From the IMG/VR virus record IMGVR_UViG_3300032046_000032, positions 1 through 53,765 of that record: a stretch of DNA of 53,765 bases; one strand, given 5' to 3'. This document shows positions 34,703 through 43,005 of this stretch, piece by piece. Positions within the stretch are counted from its first letter, which is position 1, and each line of letters begins with the position of its first letter. Position numbers and translations under genes: made by a program. The notes under the pieces were generated by a model. The model was not told where the DNA came from and ran no database searches. It worked only from the letters and a program-made list of their open reading frames with translations. Origin of the DNA: a virus. Lineage: Duplodnaviria > Caudoviricetes.

Positions 34703-35296
34703 TTATTGGTCGCTCTCCAGGCTAATCTCGAATGCGTTACGATCAGCTTCAGGGCCTAGCGGTACCTCTACGGTTGCGGGTACGGCTCTCGGCGCTAAAG
34801 CGTCGAGAGGCTTACGCCAGATCCATGGATTGTCGTATCCAATGCTGACTTCAGGGTATCCTGCTGCGTTGACGCTGGTACCTTCGACATACAGCCCTGC
34901 GATTGCGACTAGCTCGAAGCCTGCGGCGAATGCATGGCGTACATGGTTTACATGCAACGTACCGCAGCCCTTTACCGTGAGCAGGGCACCAGGCTTCAGG
35001 ACCCTGTATACTTCAGCGTACGCGGCTCTGAAGTCGTTATCCCCTGCATCTGATTCTAGGAAACAGCTGCCGAGCGCTTCGCTGAAATGGTCGCTCGGCA
35101 TCTCAGGCATACGCGCGTAGTCGCCAACGTAATTATACGTTACGCCGTCGCCGGATACGCTGCCATCATCGGATATAGAAATAGCGTCTTCGGCTTCGTA
35201 GCATGCCGTGCCGCCGAGATCCAGTTTATGGTACTGGGCCATGTTACGCGGTAACTTATGCGTCGCGTAACGTTCGCCATCCTTTCTACGTCTCAT
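34703..35296 (-). CDS. Class I SAM-dependent methyltransferase-like protein
   Basis: KLDLGG (motif I-like), VGD..RMP, EVYRVLKPGA. Confidence 0.65.
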   Translation of the reverse strand: MRRRKDGERYATHKLPRNMAQYHKLDLGGTACYEAEDAISISDDGSVSGDGVTYNYVGDYARMPEMPSDHFSEALGSCFLESDAGDNDFRAAYAEVYRVLKPGALLTVKGCGTLHVNHVRHAFAAGFELVAIAGLYVEGTSVNAAGYPEVSIGYDNPWIWRKPLDALAPRAVPATVEVPLGPEADRNAFEISLESDQ

Positions 35297-35355
35297 CGCT
35301 TCTCTCCTTATATATAGGTTCCAGGCAGATGGATGCCTGGTTTTATTATATAATA

Positions 35356-35395
35356 ATTATAATACGGATCCTATGTTTTACGTAAGGGTCATTGA
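35356..35395 (-). promoter_or_regulatory. Repeated early promoter, copy 6
   Basis: TCAATGACCC-TTACGT-18 bp-TATAAT. Confidence 0.8.
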
Positions 35396-35426
35396 TGCGA
35401 TCGGTTAATTGATAACATATCATTGG

Positions 35427-35708
35427 TTACCGCCGCTTGGCTTCCTTCTCTAGATCCAATCCTTTGATGCAATCGATGCAATGGAACTCGTATTCATGGG
35501 GCCACTGCAGCCGGCTCATGCGACCGTAATCAAGCGGCAGCAACTGTTGACAGCATGGGCATCTGAAGCAAGGACACGCTGTATCCTTGGCTCTCTGCAA
35601 CGCGAGCCGTCGCAAGACGACCGGGTTCTTTATCTGTCTGCCTTTGCTCGTATCCCAATCGTCCGGCATTGATGGCCATATCTTATACCGTAGCTGGTTC
35701 CTATTCAT
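35427..35708 (-). CDS. Cys-rich hypothetical protein
   Basis: CPCFRCPCC...HCIDC; AGGAG RBS after promoter copy 7. Confidence 0.6.
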   Translation of the reverse strand: MNRNQLRYKIWPSMPDDWDTSKGRQIKNPVVLRRLALQRAKDTACPCFRCPCCQQLLPLDYGRMSRLQWPHEYEFHCIDCIKGLDLEKEAKRR

Positions 35709-35751
35709 ATGATAAGCTCCTGGTTACGTTAGATATGTGGTTCATAATATA

Positions 35752-35791
35752 ATTATAATCTGGATCCTATGTTTTCTACAAGGGTCATTGA
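35752..35791 (-). promoter_or_regulatory. Repeated early promoter, copy 7
   Basis: TCAATGACCC-TTGTAG-18 bp-TATAAT. Confidence 0.8.
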
Positions 35792-35829
35792 AGGGGGCAG
35801 TTTCAGGCAGACTGCTTGGGGACTTAGCC

Positions 35830-36027
35830 GAGTTGTTGATCAAATGATCAACAACTCTTCTCATATGCGGATTCTTACCAGGACATATATGTATAATACT
35901 TAATAATGAATATTATCTTCGATAATTATACCATTGATATGCATTACAGAATCATCAAGAGAAAAACATAGATTATTATAATTGATTATCATTATATTGT
36001 ATACTTAAGTACCCTGTTAGGGTACTT
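35830..36027. other. AT-rich non-coding segment bounded by palindromes (candidate origin or terminus)
   Basis: 13-bp-arm palindrome at 35830-35857, 9-bp-arm palindrome at 36007-36027, AT-rich DNA in between. Confidence 0.4.
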
Positions 36028-36467
36028 GAGCATCCTGCTTAGGACTTACGCTAGGGGTGTTGCCACGGTGGACGGGGGTAGGGAGAGGGGACGGTGAAAG
36101 AGCTCCCGTGTCACAAGCAAGCACCCCGCATTTTACCCCAGCCCCAGCCGCAGTTCGTACGTCTGCAGCCACGCCCGGCGGCATGCAACAGAGCGCAATG
36201 CGACTGGAAGAAGATATAATGGCCCAGTACAGTCACATGGCGGGGAGCCTGAGGGTCGATCGGGATCCAAGATCAGGGCGCATACTTTCCGCTAGACGGC
36301 CACCTAGCGGGCAGCCGCGGTCGTAGGTCATACATAGCTCTGAAACTGGTCACAGATTTTTACCATCTGCCGGGTGCCATGCGGTTCGCCTGACGCCCAA
36401 CGCTGCGCGGCGCCAAGGCCCTGTGCTGTGGTAGCGTGGCTTCGGATGCGGTCGCGGAGACTGGATC

Positions 36468-36674
36468 TTATGATTTGTTCCTGTTACTTATCGCGGCGTC
36501 TGACGAATATGTAAGGAACAGATGATAATCATCCATGATCTGTGCATCGGTCATCGTATCGTAGGCGACGTCCTCTCCTGTATCGATGACTCCCGAGATG
36601 TACTCCTCGACCATATCCGCGGCGATATCGTTGGCTACGAGGATCTTTCTGATCCGTGCTAAGCGCTTATCCAT
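36468..36674 (-). CDS. Hypothetical protein
   Basis: MDKRLARIRK...; AGGAG RBS after promoter copy 8. Confidence 0.65.
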   Translation of the reverse strand: MDKRLARIRKILVANDIAADMVEEYISGVIDTGEDVAYDTMTDAQIMDDYHLFLTYSSDAAISNRNKS

Positions 36675-36722
36675 TGATTCTCTCCTAGGATCCACATACG
36701 ATGGATCCAGATTATATATATA

Positions 36723-36762
36723 ATTATAACAGGGATCCTAGGATTTTTACAAGGGTCCTTGC
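36723..36762 (-). promoter_or_regulatory. Repeated early promoter, copy 8
   Basis: GCAAGGACCC-TTGTAA-18 bp (ATCCTAGGAT dyad)-TATAAT. Confidence 0.75.
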
Positions 36763-36816
36763 GGGCATCACCTTCGTGCGGGGCGCCGTGGGGTACGGAT
36801 CAACAAAGAGATCCGA

Positions 36817-36856
36817 TCGATGACCCTTATGAAGATCATATGATCTGTATTATAAT
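36817..36856 (+). promoter_or_regulatory. Repeated early promoter, copy 9 (divergent from copy 8)
   Basis: TCGATGACCC-TTATGA-18 bp (AGATCATATGATCT dyad)-TATAAT. Confidence 0.8.
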
Positions 36857-36901
36857 TATATATAATCAGGTTACATCGATATGTAACCAAGGAGCGAATC
36901 A

Positions 36902-37252
36902 ATGAACGTAGCATATCGTAAGGATCCAAGGATCGTATCGCATGACGATGCAGCCGCGATACATCAAGAGGTAGGGTACATAGATCCCGCAACCGGTATC
37001 GAAGTACCCTATGATCACTGTATCCGCGTATCGTTCGCGGAGCCGTTCGCCGCGTATAAGGTTCCAGGCGATGATCCAGCAGCTGCGGAGGGCTTGGCTC
37101 TCGAGATGTATGAACAGAGAGCCGATGAATACGAAGCCGCGAAGGTAGCTTACGAAGCGTTCGCGGTAACGGAGCTCGGCATCGAGCTCAAGGAGCCGTA
37201 CACCTTCGATTGGCGCGATGAACAGGAGCTCTGGATTCGATATAACGATTAG
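36902..37252 (+). CDS. Hypothetical protein, paralog of the C-terminus of 33323-33799
   Basis: Shared motifs as above; AAGGAG RBS. Confidence 0.75.
   Translation: MNVAYRKDPRIVSHDDAAAIHQEVGYIDPATGIEVPYDHCIRVSFAEPFAAYKVPGDDPAAAEGLALEMYEQRADEYEAAKVAYEAFAVTELGIELKEPYTFDWRDEQELWIRYND
37205..37246. repeat. 42-bp perfect inverted repeat, right arm
   Basis: Reverse complement of 33326-33367. Confidence 0.9.
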
Positions 37253-37324
37253 GTAGCCGAAGATCCGATCTCCCCGAGCGGATCTCTGTTTGCTGCCTTG
37301 GCACCTCGCATTAAGTTGATTCGA

Positions 37325-37364
37325 TCAATGACCCTTATGTTGATCATATGATCCATATTATAAT
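37325..37364 (+). promoter_or_regulatory. Repeated early promoter, copy 10
   Basis: TCAATGACCC-TTATGT-18 bp (GATCATATGATC dyad)-TATAAT. Confidence 0.8.
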
Positions 37365-37410
37365 TATATATAATAACGGATACATCGATATGTATCCAAG
37401 GAGAGAATCC

Positions 37411-37611
37411 ATGAGAGCGACAAAGGTACCAGGTACAAGGGCTCGGGAGCGAAGCCGCGTTACCATAGCGAGGGACCTCGGAAGCCGGATCAAGGCGTAC
37501 ATCGCGTTGTGTAGCTGCGGAGACCCCGCATGTGATACGTGCAAGGTCGGGGTCGCGATCGGGCTCAAGGCTCTGGATCGCGCGTTTACCGCCGGCGCTA
37601 AGAGCAAGTAA
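37411..37611 (+). CDS. Small Cys-containing protein
   Basis: CSCGDPACDTC; AAGGAG RBS after promoter copy 10. Confidence 0.6.
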   Translation: MRATKVPGTRARERSRVTIARDLGSRIKAYIALCSCGDPACDTCKVGVAIGLKALDRAFTAGAKSK

Positions 37612-37977
37612 CCGGATCATAGGACGGTAGCTGCTGCAGGTGTCTACGTATCCACGGAGAGGAGGCCGCCTGGGTCATAGGGGATCCAAGATCCGGCGAC
37701 ACATTTTGAAACATAGCGGGGGTCTTGGGAGTCGATCGTTGGCGGGGCGCCTCCGGCGTTTTTTCGCACCATGCGGGTCGCTTGGAGGTCGATGGGGATC
37801 CCGGATCCTGGAAGAGGTTTTGGAGATGGGGTGAGGAAAGAATACGAAGAAGACCAAAATCATCTTATTAGAAAGTGCAAGCATGCAAGCACATAAACAC
37901 ATATGCACATATGCTTATATGCACATATACAACTTTCCACACCTTACAGATTTGTAAGGTTTATAATGCTTATACGC

Positions 37978-38006
37978 TTGCATTGTGCATATATATACTG
38001 TATAGT
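37978..38006 (+). promoter_or_regulatory. Sigma70-type promoter
   Basis: TTGCAT-17 bp-TATAGT upstream of 38049. Confidence 0.6.
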
Positions 38007-38048
38007 TGTTGTATAGGCTCTTGCGTTCACAAGAGCCGAGAGGATAAC

Positions 38049-38372
38049 ATGTCAGAGCAAGCGCAAGAAAAGTACTTTACAATCGCAATGATTGTAAGGC
38101 AAGGCTTTTCTAGGGTGTACGTGCATAGGGCTTTCGTCAAGGGATGGTTACACGGCAAGAAGGTAACAATGCCTAATAACCCCCATGTCATGCAATGGGT
38201 TTGTTTGGAAAGCGAATACCGTGCGTGGCGTAAGCGATGCCTTGCTCATAGCAATGCCGGTATATTCACAGGTACGGCAAGGCAAATTGAAGGCTTGCAA
38301 GAGTACCTAAAAGATGCCAAACCTGATGATATCGCAGCATTGCGCAAATCATTATTACCTGACGACAAGTAG
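38049..38372 (+). CDS. Divergent MerR/Xis-like HTH protein (paralog 5)
   Basis: YFTIAMIVRQGFSRVYVHRAFVKGWL...ESEYRAWRK resembles paralogs 2 and 4. Confidence 0.6.
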   Translation: MSEQAQEKYFTIAMIVRQGFSRVYVHRAFVKGWLHGKKVTMPNNPHVMQWVCLESEYRAWRKRCLAHSNAGIFTGTARQIEGLQEYLKDAKPDDIAALRKSLLPDDK

Positions 38373-38394
38373 CATGTCAGGCAACATTTCAAAG

Positions 38395-38422
38395 ATACCC
38401 TTGCATACGCAAGGGTATTTTT
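38395..38422 (+). terminator. Rho-independent terminator
   Basis: ATACCCTTGC-ATAC-GCAAGGGTAT-TTTT. Confidence 0.8.
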
Positions 38423-38517
38423 ACGTCTGTTTTTACGCTATGAAAAACTTTCAGCTTTTCTTTTACGCACGCACACATTTACACCCTCTCCCTCATCCTC
38501 CAGATCGTCCATGTCAG

Positions 38518-38787
38518 CTACTTCCGACGGAGCGTGTCTACGCTAAAGCCGCCTAGAGTAGTATGGGCGGCTTTCTTCGCGACAATTAGCTTGTCGATGA
38601 CAGCAACCCGACGGTCAATCTCACTCCGTACAATCCGCGCAGCCAAGCCACTGACACGGATGCCAAGGAGTTCGTCGTGCAGCGCTGCCAGCTCAGCTAA
38701 CGTCGGAACGTAGTTACGGCGGGCTCTGCGAACAGCCACACGAAGCACGATGAAGGAGAGCAGACTTAGTTCAAATAGGGGGTCCAT
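38518..38787 (-). CDS. Hypothetical protein with N-terminal hydrophobic segment
   Basis: 89 aa with AAGGAGG RBS. Confidence 0.6.
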   Translation of the reverse strand: MDPLFELSLLSFIVLRVAVRRARRNYVPTLAELAALHDELLGIRVSGLAARIVRSEIDRRVAVIDKLIVAKKAAHTTLGGFSVDTLRRK

Positions 38788-38852
38788 ATTTACCTCCTTA
38801 GGTAGAACGAAATTTTGTATGCGGCCTGGTTTTACCCCGGACCCGCTAGCGG

Positions 38853-39302
38853 CTACAGCATCCTTGGCCGCCGCAGGGGTACACCTCGCCTGTGCAGCTC
38901 ACTGTGCAGAGTTGGCTGCATAATCCCAGTCTCTTGGCTGATGTTCCACAGTGGCAAGCCAGCGATGTATAACTCGACAGCTTTGTCCAATCGAGCGTTG
39001 GTAGTCACCAACGTCGCGACCTTACGCGTGGGTACATCGTTCTTGGCGAGTATGGAGTACAGTAGGGTGTAGGAAATGCCGTGTTGCTTCAGTATAGCGG
39101 GTACTGGGGTACTTTCCAAGTACTCCCGTACCACGGCTTCTTCGTCTACTGTCTTCAGACGCCGGCGGGCTGTCTCCTTCCCGTGGTCTTTGAGGACGCG
39201 TCTCGCAGTTTGCGGCGATACATTCAACTCACTCGCGATGCCGGCAAGATTAACGCCCGCGTCGTGCATCATCAGTATCTCTTGAACCTTTTCTTCTTCC
39301 AT
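38853..39302 (-). CDS. Protein with three tandem helix-turn-helix repeats
   Basis: Three repeats of about 50 aa (NLAGIASELNVSPQTARRVL / PVPAILKQHGISYTLLYSIL / PLWNISQETGIMQPTLHSEL). Confidence 0.75.
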   Translation of the reverse strand: MEEEKVQEILMMHDAGVNLAGIASELNVSPQTARRVLKDHGKETARRRLKTVDEEAVVREYLESTPVPAILKQHGISYTLLYSILAKNDVPTRKVATLVTTNARLDKAVELYIAGLPLWNISQETGIMQPTLHSELHRRGVPLRRPRML

Positions 39303-39343
39303 GTTTGGCTCCTTATCCTAGGCTGGGTATAATCCTTATAAAG

Positions 39344-39372
39344 ATTATAAGTTCATTCTTTGTTTTTGACAA
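39344..39372 (-). promoter_or_regulatory. Sigma70-type promoter, divergent from the late operon
   Basis: TTGTCA-17 bp-TATAAT. Confidence 0.7.
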
Positions 39373-39480
39373 TAGCGCAATTGGAGGCTTAAGCGTACCG
39401 TTAGACAGGGTCTTCACCGAACGTGGTCGGCCTGTTTTTGGTACTGGGTTTTTTAGACTCAGATAGGGTATAATTGGAGC

Positions 39481-40065
39481 ATGATGGACTCGATTGTTGT
39501 CAGCCCCGCACAAGTGCCAGCGGAAGTGCAAGTACAAGTGGAGGAGCCTACTACATATGCTTGGACGCAACGAGACGGCGAGCCATGGTTTTGGTTTAAC
39601 CGTTTCATTACGTACTTCTTGCCGCTAGGCCCGGGACGAAGCATCATCAAAGCCTACGAGACGATGGTCGCGGCCGAGCATCCTGAAGTGGCCGAAGCTC
39701 GTCGTCGTAGTAAGAAAAAGATGAATGCTACGGGTGCATGGTCAAAGAAAGCGCGCGATTGGGACTGGCGTGACAGAGCCAAGGCGTATGACCGATTTGC
39801 CTACGCAGAAGCTTTAGCGGAGGTCGATAAAGCACGTGTAACTCTCCTTGAGAGTGCGAACACAGCGGCTTTGACGCTTGCAGGTGCTCTTTCCGACGGC
39901 CGCTTGAAAGTGGCTGCCGCAAAAGAAATCCTTGATCGCGTAGGTCTCCCTGGTACAGTCAACGTCGGCGTTGGGCCTATTGAGAAGTTTACAGCCGACG
40001 AGCTCAGACAGGCGGAGAGAGAAGTCGACGAATGGGAACCGCTACCGAGTCCGAAATCCGAATAG
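39481..40065 (+). CDS. terS: Terminase small subunit
   Basis: Directly upstream of terL; GPGRSI..AY...WS....DW.DRAKAYD and AAAKEILDR patterns. Confidence 0.7.
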   Translation: MMDSIVVSPAQVPAEVQVQVEEPTTYAWTQRDGEPWFWFNRFITYFLPLGPGRSIIKAYETMVAAEHPEVAEARRRSKKKMNATGAWSKKARDWDWRDRAKAYDRFAYAEALAEVDKARVTLLESANTAALTLAGALSDGRLKVAAAKEILDRVGLPGTVNVGVGPIEKFTADELRQAEREVDEWEPLPSPKSE

Positions 40066-41507
40066 AGTGGCTAAAGTGCTCAAAGTCCTGCGCCTACTTC
40101 ATTTACAACTACTGCATGATTTACGATGCAGCGATAGGTGACTGGATCCCGTTTCATCTTTGGCCCAAGCAAGTAGAAGTGCTCGACCTGCTCGTTAACA
40201 ACCTATTAAATGTCATCCTGAAGGCTAGACAACTTGGCCAAACATGGCTCGTACTGTGTTATATCCTATGGCGTATGATTTTCAAGCCGGTATTCACAGC
40301 ACTCGCCTTCTCGCGCCGCGAAAACGAAGCGATCTACCTCTTATGCGAACAGCGTCTACGGGGCATATACCGACGATTGCCTAAGTGGATGCGCGTTAGA
40401 CAGGTCGTTGCGAACGCGTCGCATGAGTGGGCGCTATCAAACGGGTCAATTGCTTATGCATTCCCAACAACGGCAGGCGACTCTTATACAGCAAGCTTCG
40501 CCTTTGTTGATGAAGCAGACCTAGTACCGGATCTCGCTGCTCTGATGAACGCGGTGAAACCGACCATCGACGGTGGTGGTGGCATGGTTTTGTTAAGCCG
40601 GTCAGACAAAACCAATCCGAACAGTCTGTTTAAGAACACCTACCGGGCCGCGAAAGAAGGTAGAGGGCCATGGAAGGCTATTTTCCTACCGTGGTACGCC
40701 CGGCCAGACCGCGATGCTGCGTGGTATCAGCTGCAAAAGGATGATATTCTAGCTCGCACTACTAGCCTCGATGACTTGTTCCAGCAGTACCCCGCAACAG
40801 ACGACGAAGCTTTGGCGCCCTCGCAGCTAGATCGCCGCATACCCTTCTTATGGATCACGAAATGCTACCACGAACTGCCTGTCCTAATCGACCACAAGTA
40901 CAGTTTACCGTTTTTACAGCTGTACGTGGCGCCGAACATAACACACCACTACATGATCGGCGCCGACCCTGCGGAAGGTGGTCCTGCAAGTAACGATAGT
41001 GTTGCGATTGTGGTCGACCAGACCACACTCGAAGAGGTCTGCGTCCTCGCAGGTAAGATAGAACCGAAGGTGTTTGCAGGATACCTGCATACCCTTTCGA
41101 AGATCTTTCACAACGCGAAGCTGATGGTCGAGCGTAACAATCACGGTCACGCAGTTTTGTTAGCACTCGAAGAAGTCCACAACTACAGAAGCCACCTACT
41201 CTGCGGTGAAGACCGCAACATTGGGTGGCAGACTACAAGTAAGAGTAAGGACCTGATGTATTCAGAAGGAGCCGATGTACTACGCGATAGTAGAGCAATC
41301 ATTCATTGTGCAGAGACCAAGACGCAATTATCCCTTATTGAAGGATCGACCCTCAAGGCTCCCGAGGGTAAAAGCGACGACTACGCGATCGCCTTTATGT
41401 TAGCCTTGATGAGCGCCGCTGCGAGACCTGTTGGCGCGTTCGCTGTTAACTACGTGGAGAAGCAACAATATGGCACTAGGCAGCCCCGTACCAGTAGTCA
41501 CCGTTGA
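40032..41507 (+). CDS. terL: Terminase large subunit
   Basis: LKARQLGQT (Walker A-like), FVDEAD (Walker B), nuclease motifs GADPAEG, VERNNHG, SDDYAIA. Confidence 0.92.
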   Translation: MGTATESEIRIEWLKCSKSCAYFIYNYCMIYDAAIGDWIPFHLWPKQVEVLDLLVNNLLNVILKARQLGQTWLVLCYILWRMIFKPVFTALAFSRRENEAIYLLCEQRLRGIYRRLPKWMRVRQVVANASHEWALSNGSIAYAFPTTAGDSYTASFAFVDEADLVPDLAALMNAVKPTIDGGGGMVLLSRSDKTNPNSLFKNTYRAAKEGRGPWKAIFLPWYARPDRDAAWYQLQKDDILARTTSLDDLFQQYPATDDEALAPSQLDRRIPFLWITKCYHELPVLIDHKYSLPFLQLYVAPNITHHYMIGADPAEGGPASNDSVAIVVDQTTLEEVCVLAGKIEPKVFAGYLHTLSKIFHNAKLMVERNNHGHAVLLALEEVHNYRSHLLCGEDRNIGWQTTSKSKDLMYSEGADVLRDSRAIIHCAETKTQLSLIEGSTLKAPEGKSDDYAIAFMLALMSAAARPVGAFAVNYVEKQQYGTRQPRTSSHR

Positions 41508-42990
41508 CATGTCCTACATTGACGCGCTGATTAAAGCGGTCGCAGCCGACGACGCTATTGTAGTCCTTGCCCGAAAGTACCATAACGGCGACCAGGACAC
41601 GTACATGTCGGAGCGGGTGAAGGAGTTTCTTAACCTGCACTCGGAGGTTAGGAAGTTCAACCTCAATGTTTGCCGCACAGTGACGCTTGCTGTTAAAGAT
41701 GAACTGTCGGTAAGCGGCTTTAACACGAATGAAGTTGCCGACCTTGCAGGCCTTAAAGCTCAAGCTAAGTGGGCTTGGGATCTCTGGACCACGAATCATA
41801 TGGATGCGGTACAGGCTGAGGTCCACGAATCTGCACTATCCGACCGCGAGACTTTTATTATAGTCGACTACGACTACGAGAAGTTGCGTCCGCGGTTCAT
41901 TCATAACTACAAGTACACACCTCTAGACGGAGGTGGCGACGGCCAAGGCTGTTGGATGCTTTACGAGAACGACGATGTAAATCAGCCTGCGAAATGTGCA
42001 GTTAAGCAATGGACTCAAACGGTCTACGACAAAACAGGTCAACCGACAGTAAGTCAGAGACGTACGATCTATTATCCTGACCACATTGAGAAGTGGGTTT
42101 ACGTGTCCGCGTGGGAACGTTATAGTGAGCCCCAGACGGACCCTAACACCCCTGTAGAACCGTGGCCGATCCCGTGGGTCTCGAGCGACGGCTCGCCACT
42201 CGGGATCCCTGTAATCCACTTCCGGAACGTGAATCTTACTCCTGAAGCATGGGATGCGATTCCGTTGCAAGATGCAATTAACAAGACACTAATAGATATA
42301 CTCGCAGCAAACGACCTCACTGCGTTTCAAATGCTTGCCGCGTTGGGTTGGTACCCCACCACCGACGGTGAGCCTCCTAAGGAAGATAAGTCGAACTTGC
42401 TCGCTGTAGGCCCTGGTCAGTTTATTGGCACAAAGGACCCAGAAGGTAAGTTACAGATCGTTACCGGAGGTGATTCGACAGCATTAATAAACACGCTTAA
42501 GGACCTCATACTGATGGCCGCGCAGATAACTAGTACGCCTACTTCGCGGTTCACTACCACGAAGTTGATCGCATCTCAAGAGACCCTTAAGGAACAGAAC
42601 ATTCAGCTAAAGAAGAAAGCGCAAGACCGCCGTGTCTTGTTCGGTGACGCTTGGGAAGCTTGTCTAGAGATGGCCCGCAAGGTTGCGAACATCTTTGGGG
42701 CTGCTAACCTTGATGAGCTCGTTGCATTTTCGACGATTTGGTCTAACAACGAGACGTTGGATGACCTCCAAGCGAAGTTGGCTCTCGGCGTCCCCCAAGA
42801 AACTGTCTGGAGTGAAGCTGGTTACACTCAAGAACAGGTTGTTAATATGAAGCACACAAATGAGTACCGCTTTGACATCCTAGCTAAGTTGTGGCCTCTG
42901 ATATCTGAGCAACCAGAAGCAGCAACGTATCTAGCCGCCCTAACAAAGGAATTTAGCTGGTTGCTTGTACCAGCCAGCAACAGTCCATGA
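41470..42990 (+). CDS. Portal protein (SPP1-like)
   Basis: Follows terL; KYHNGDQ, PLGIPVIHFRN, LQDAIN, LGVPQETVW..GY patterns. Confidence 0.85.
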   Translation: MALGSPVPVVTVDMSYIDALIKAVAADDAIVVLARKYHNGDQDTYMSERVKEFLNLHSEVRKFNLNVCRTVTLAVKDELSVSGFNTNEVADLAGLKAQAKWAWDLWTTNHMDAVQAEVHESALSDRETFIIVDYDYEKLRPRFIHNYKYTPLDGGGDGQGCWMLYENDDVNQPAKCAVKQWTQTVYDKTGQPTVSQRRTIYYPDHIEKWVYVSAWERYSEPQTDPNTPVEPWPIPWVSSDGSPLGIPVIHFRNVNLTPEAWDAIPLQDAINKTLIDILAANDLTAFQMLAALGWYPTTDGEPPKEDKSNLLAVGPGQFIGTKDPEGKLQIVTGGDSTALINTLKDLILMAAQITSTPTSRFTTTKLIASQETLKEQNIQLKKKAQDRRVLFGDAWEACLEMARKVANIFGAANLDELVAFSTIWSNNETLDDLQAKLALGVPQETVWSEAGYTQEQVVNMKHTNEYRFDILAKLWPLISEQPEAATYLAALTKEFSWLLVPASNSP

Positions 42991-43005
42991 AGACGGAGGT
43001 ATCGT

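Noticed and set aside
36057-36326. 89-aa plus-strand ORF in the large intergenic region
   Set aside because: GTG start with no convincing RBS and no recognisable motifs; treated as non-coding.
26704-37364. Repeated motif as a CRISPR array
   Set aside because: Copies are hundreds to thousands of bp apart, separated by genes, occur in both orientations and contain -10/-35 elements.
25770-39302. Lysogeny module inferred from excisionase-like HTH genes
   Set aside because: No tyrosine or serine integrase, CI-like repressor or ParA is recognisable.
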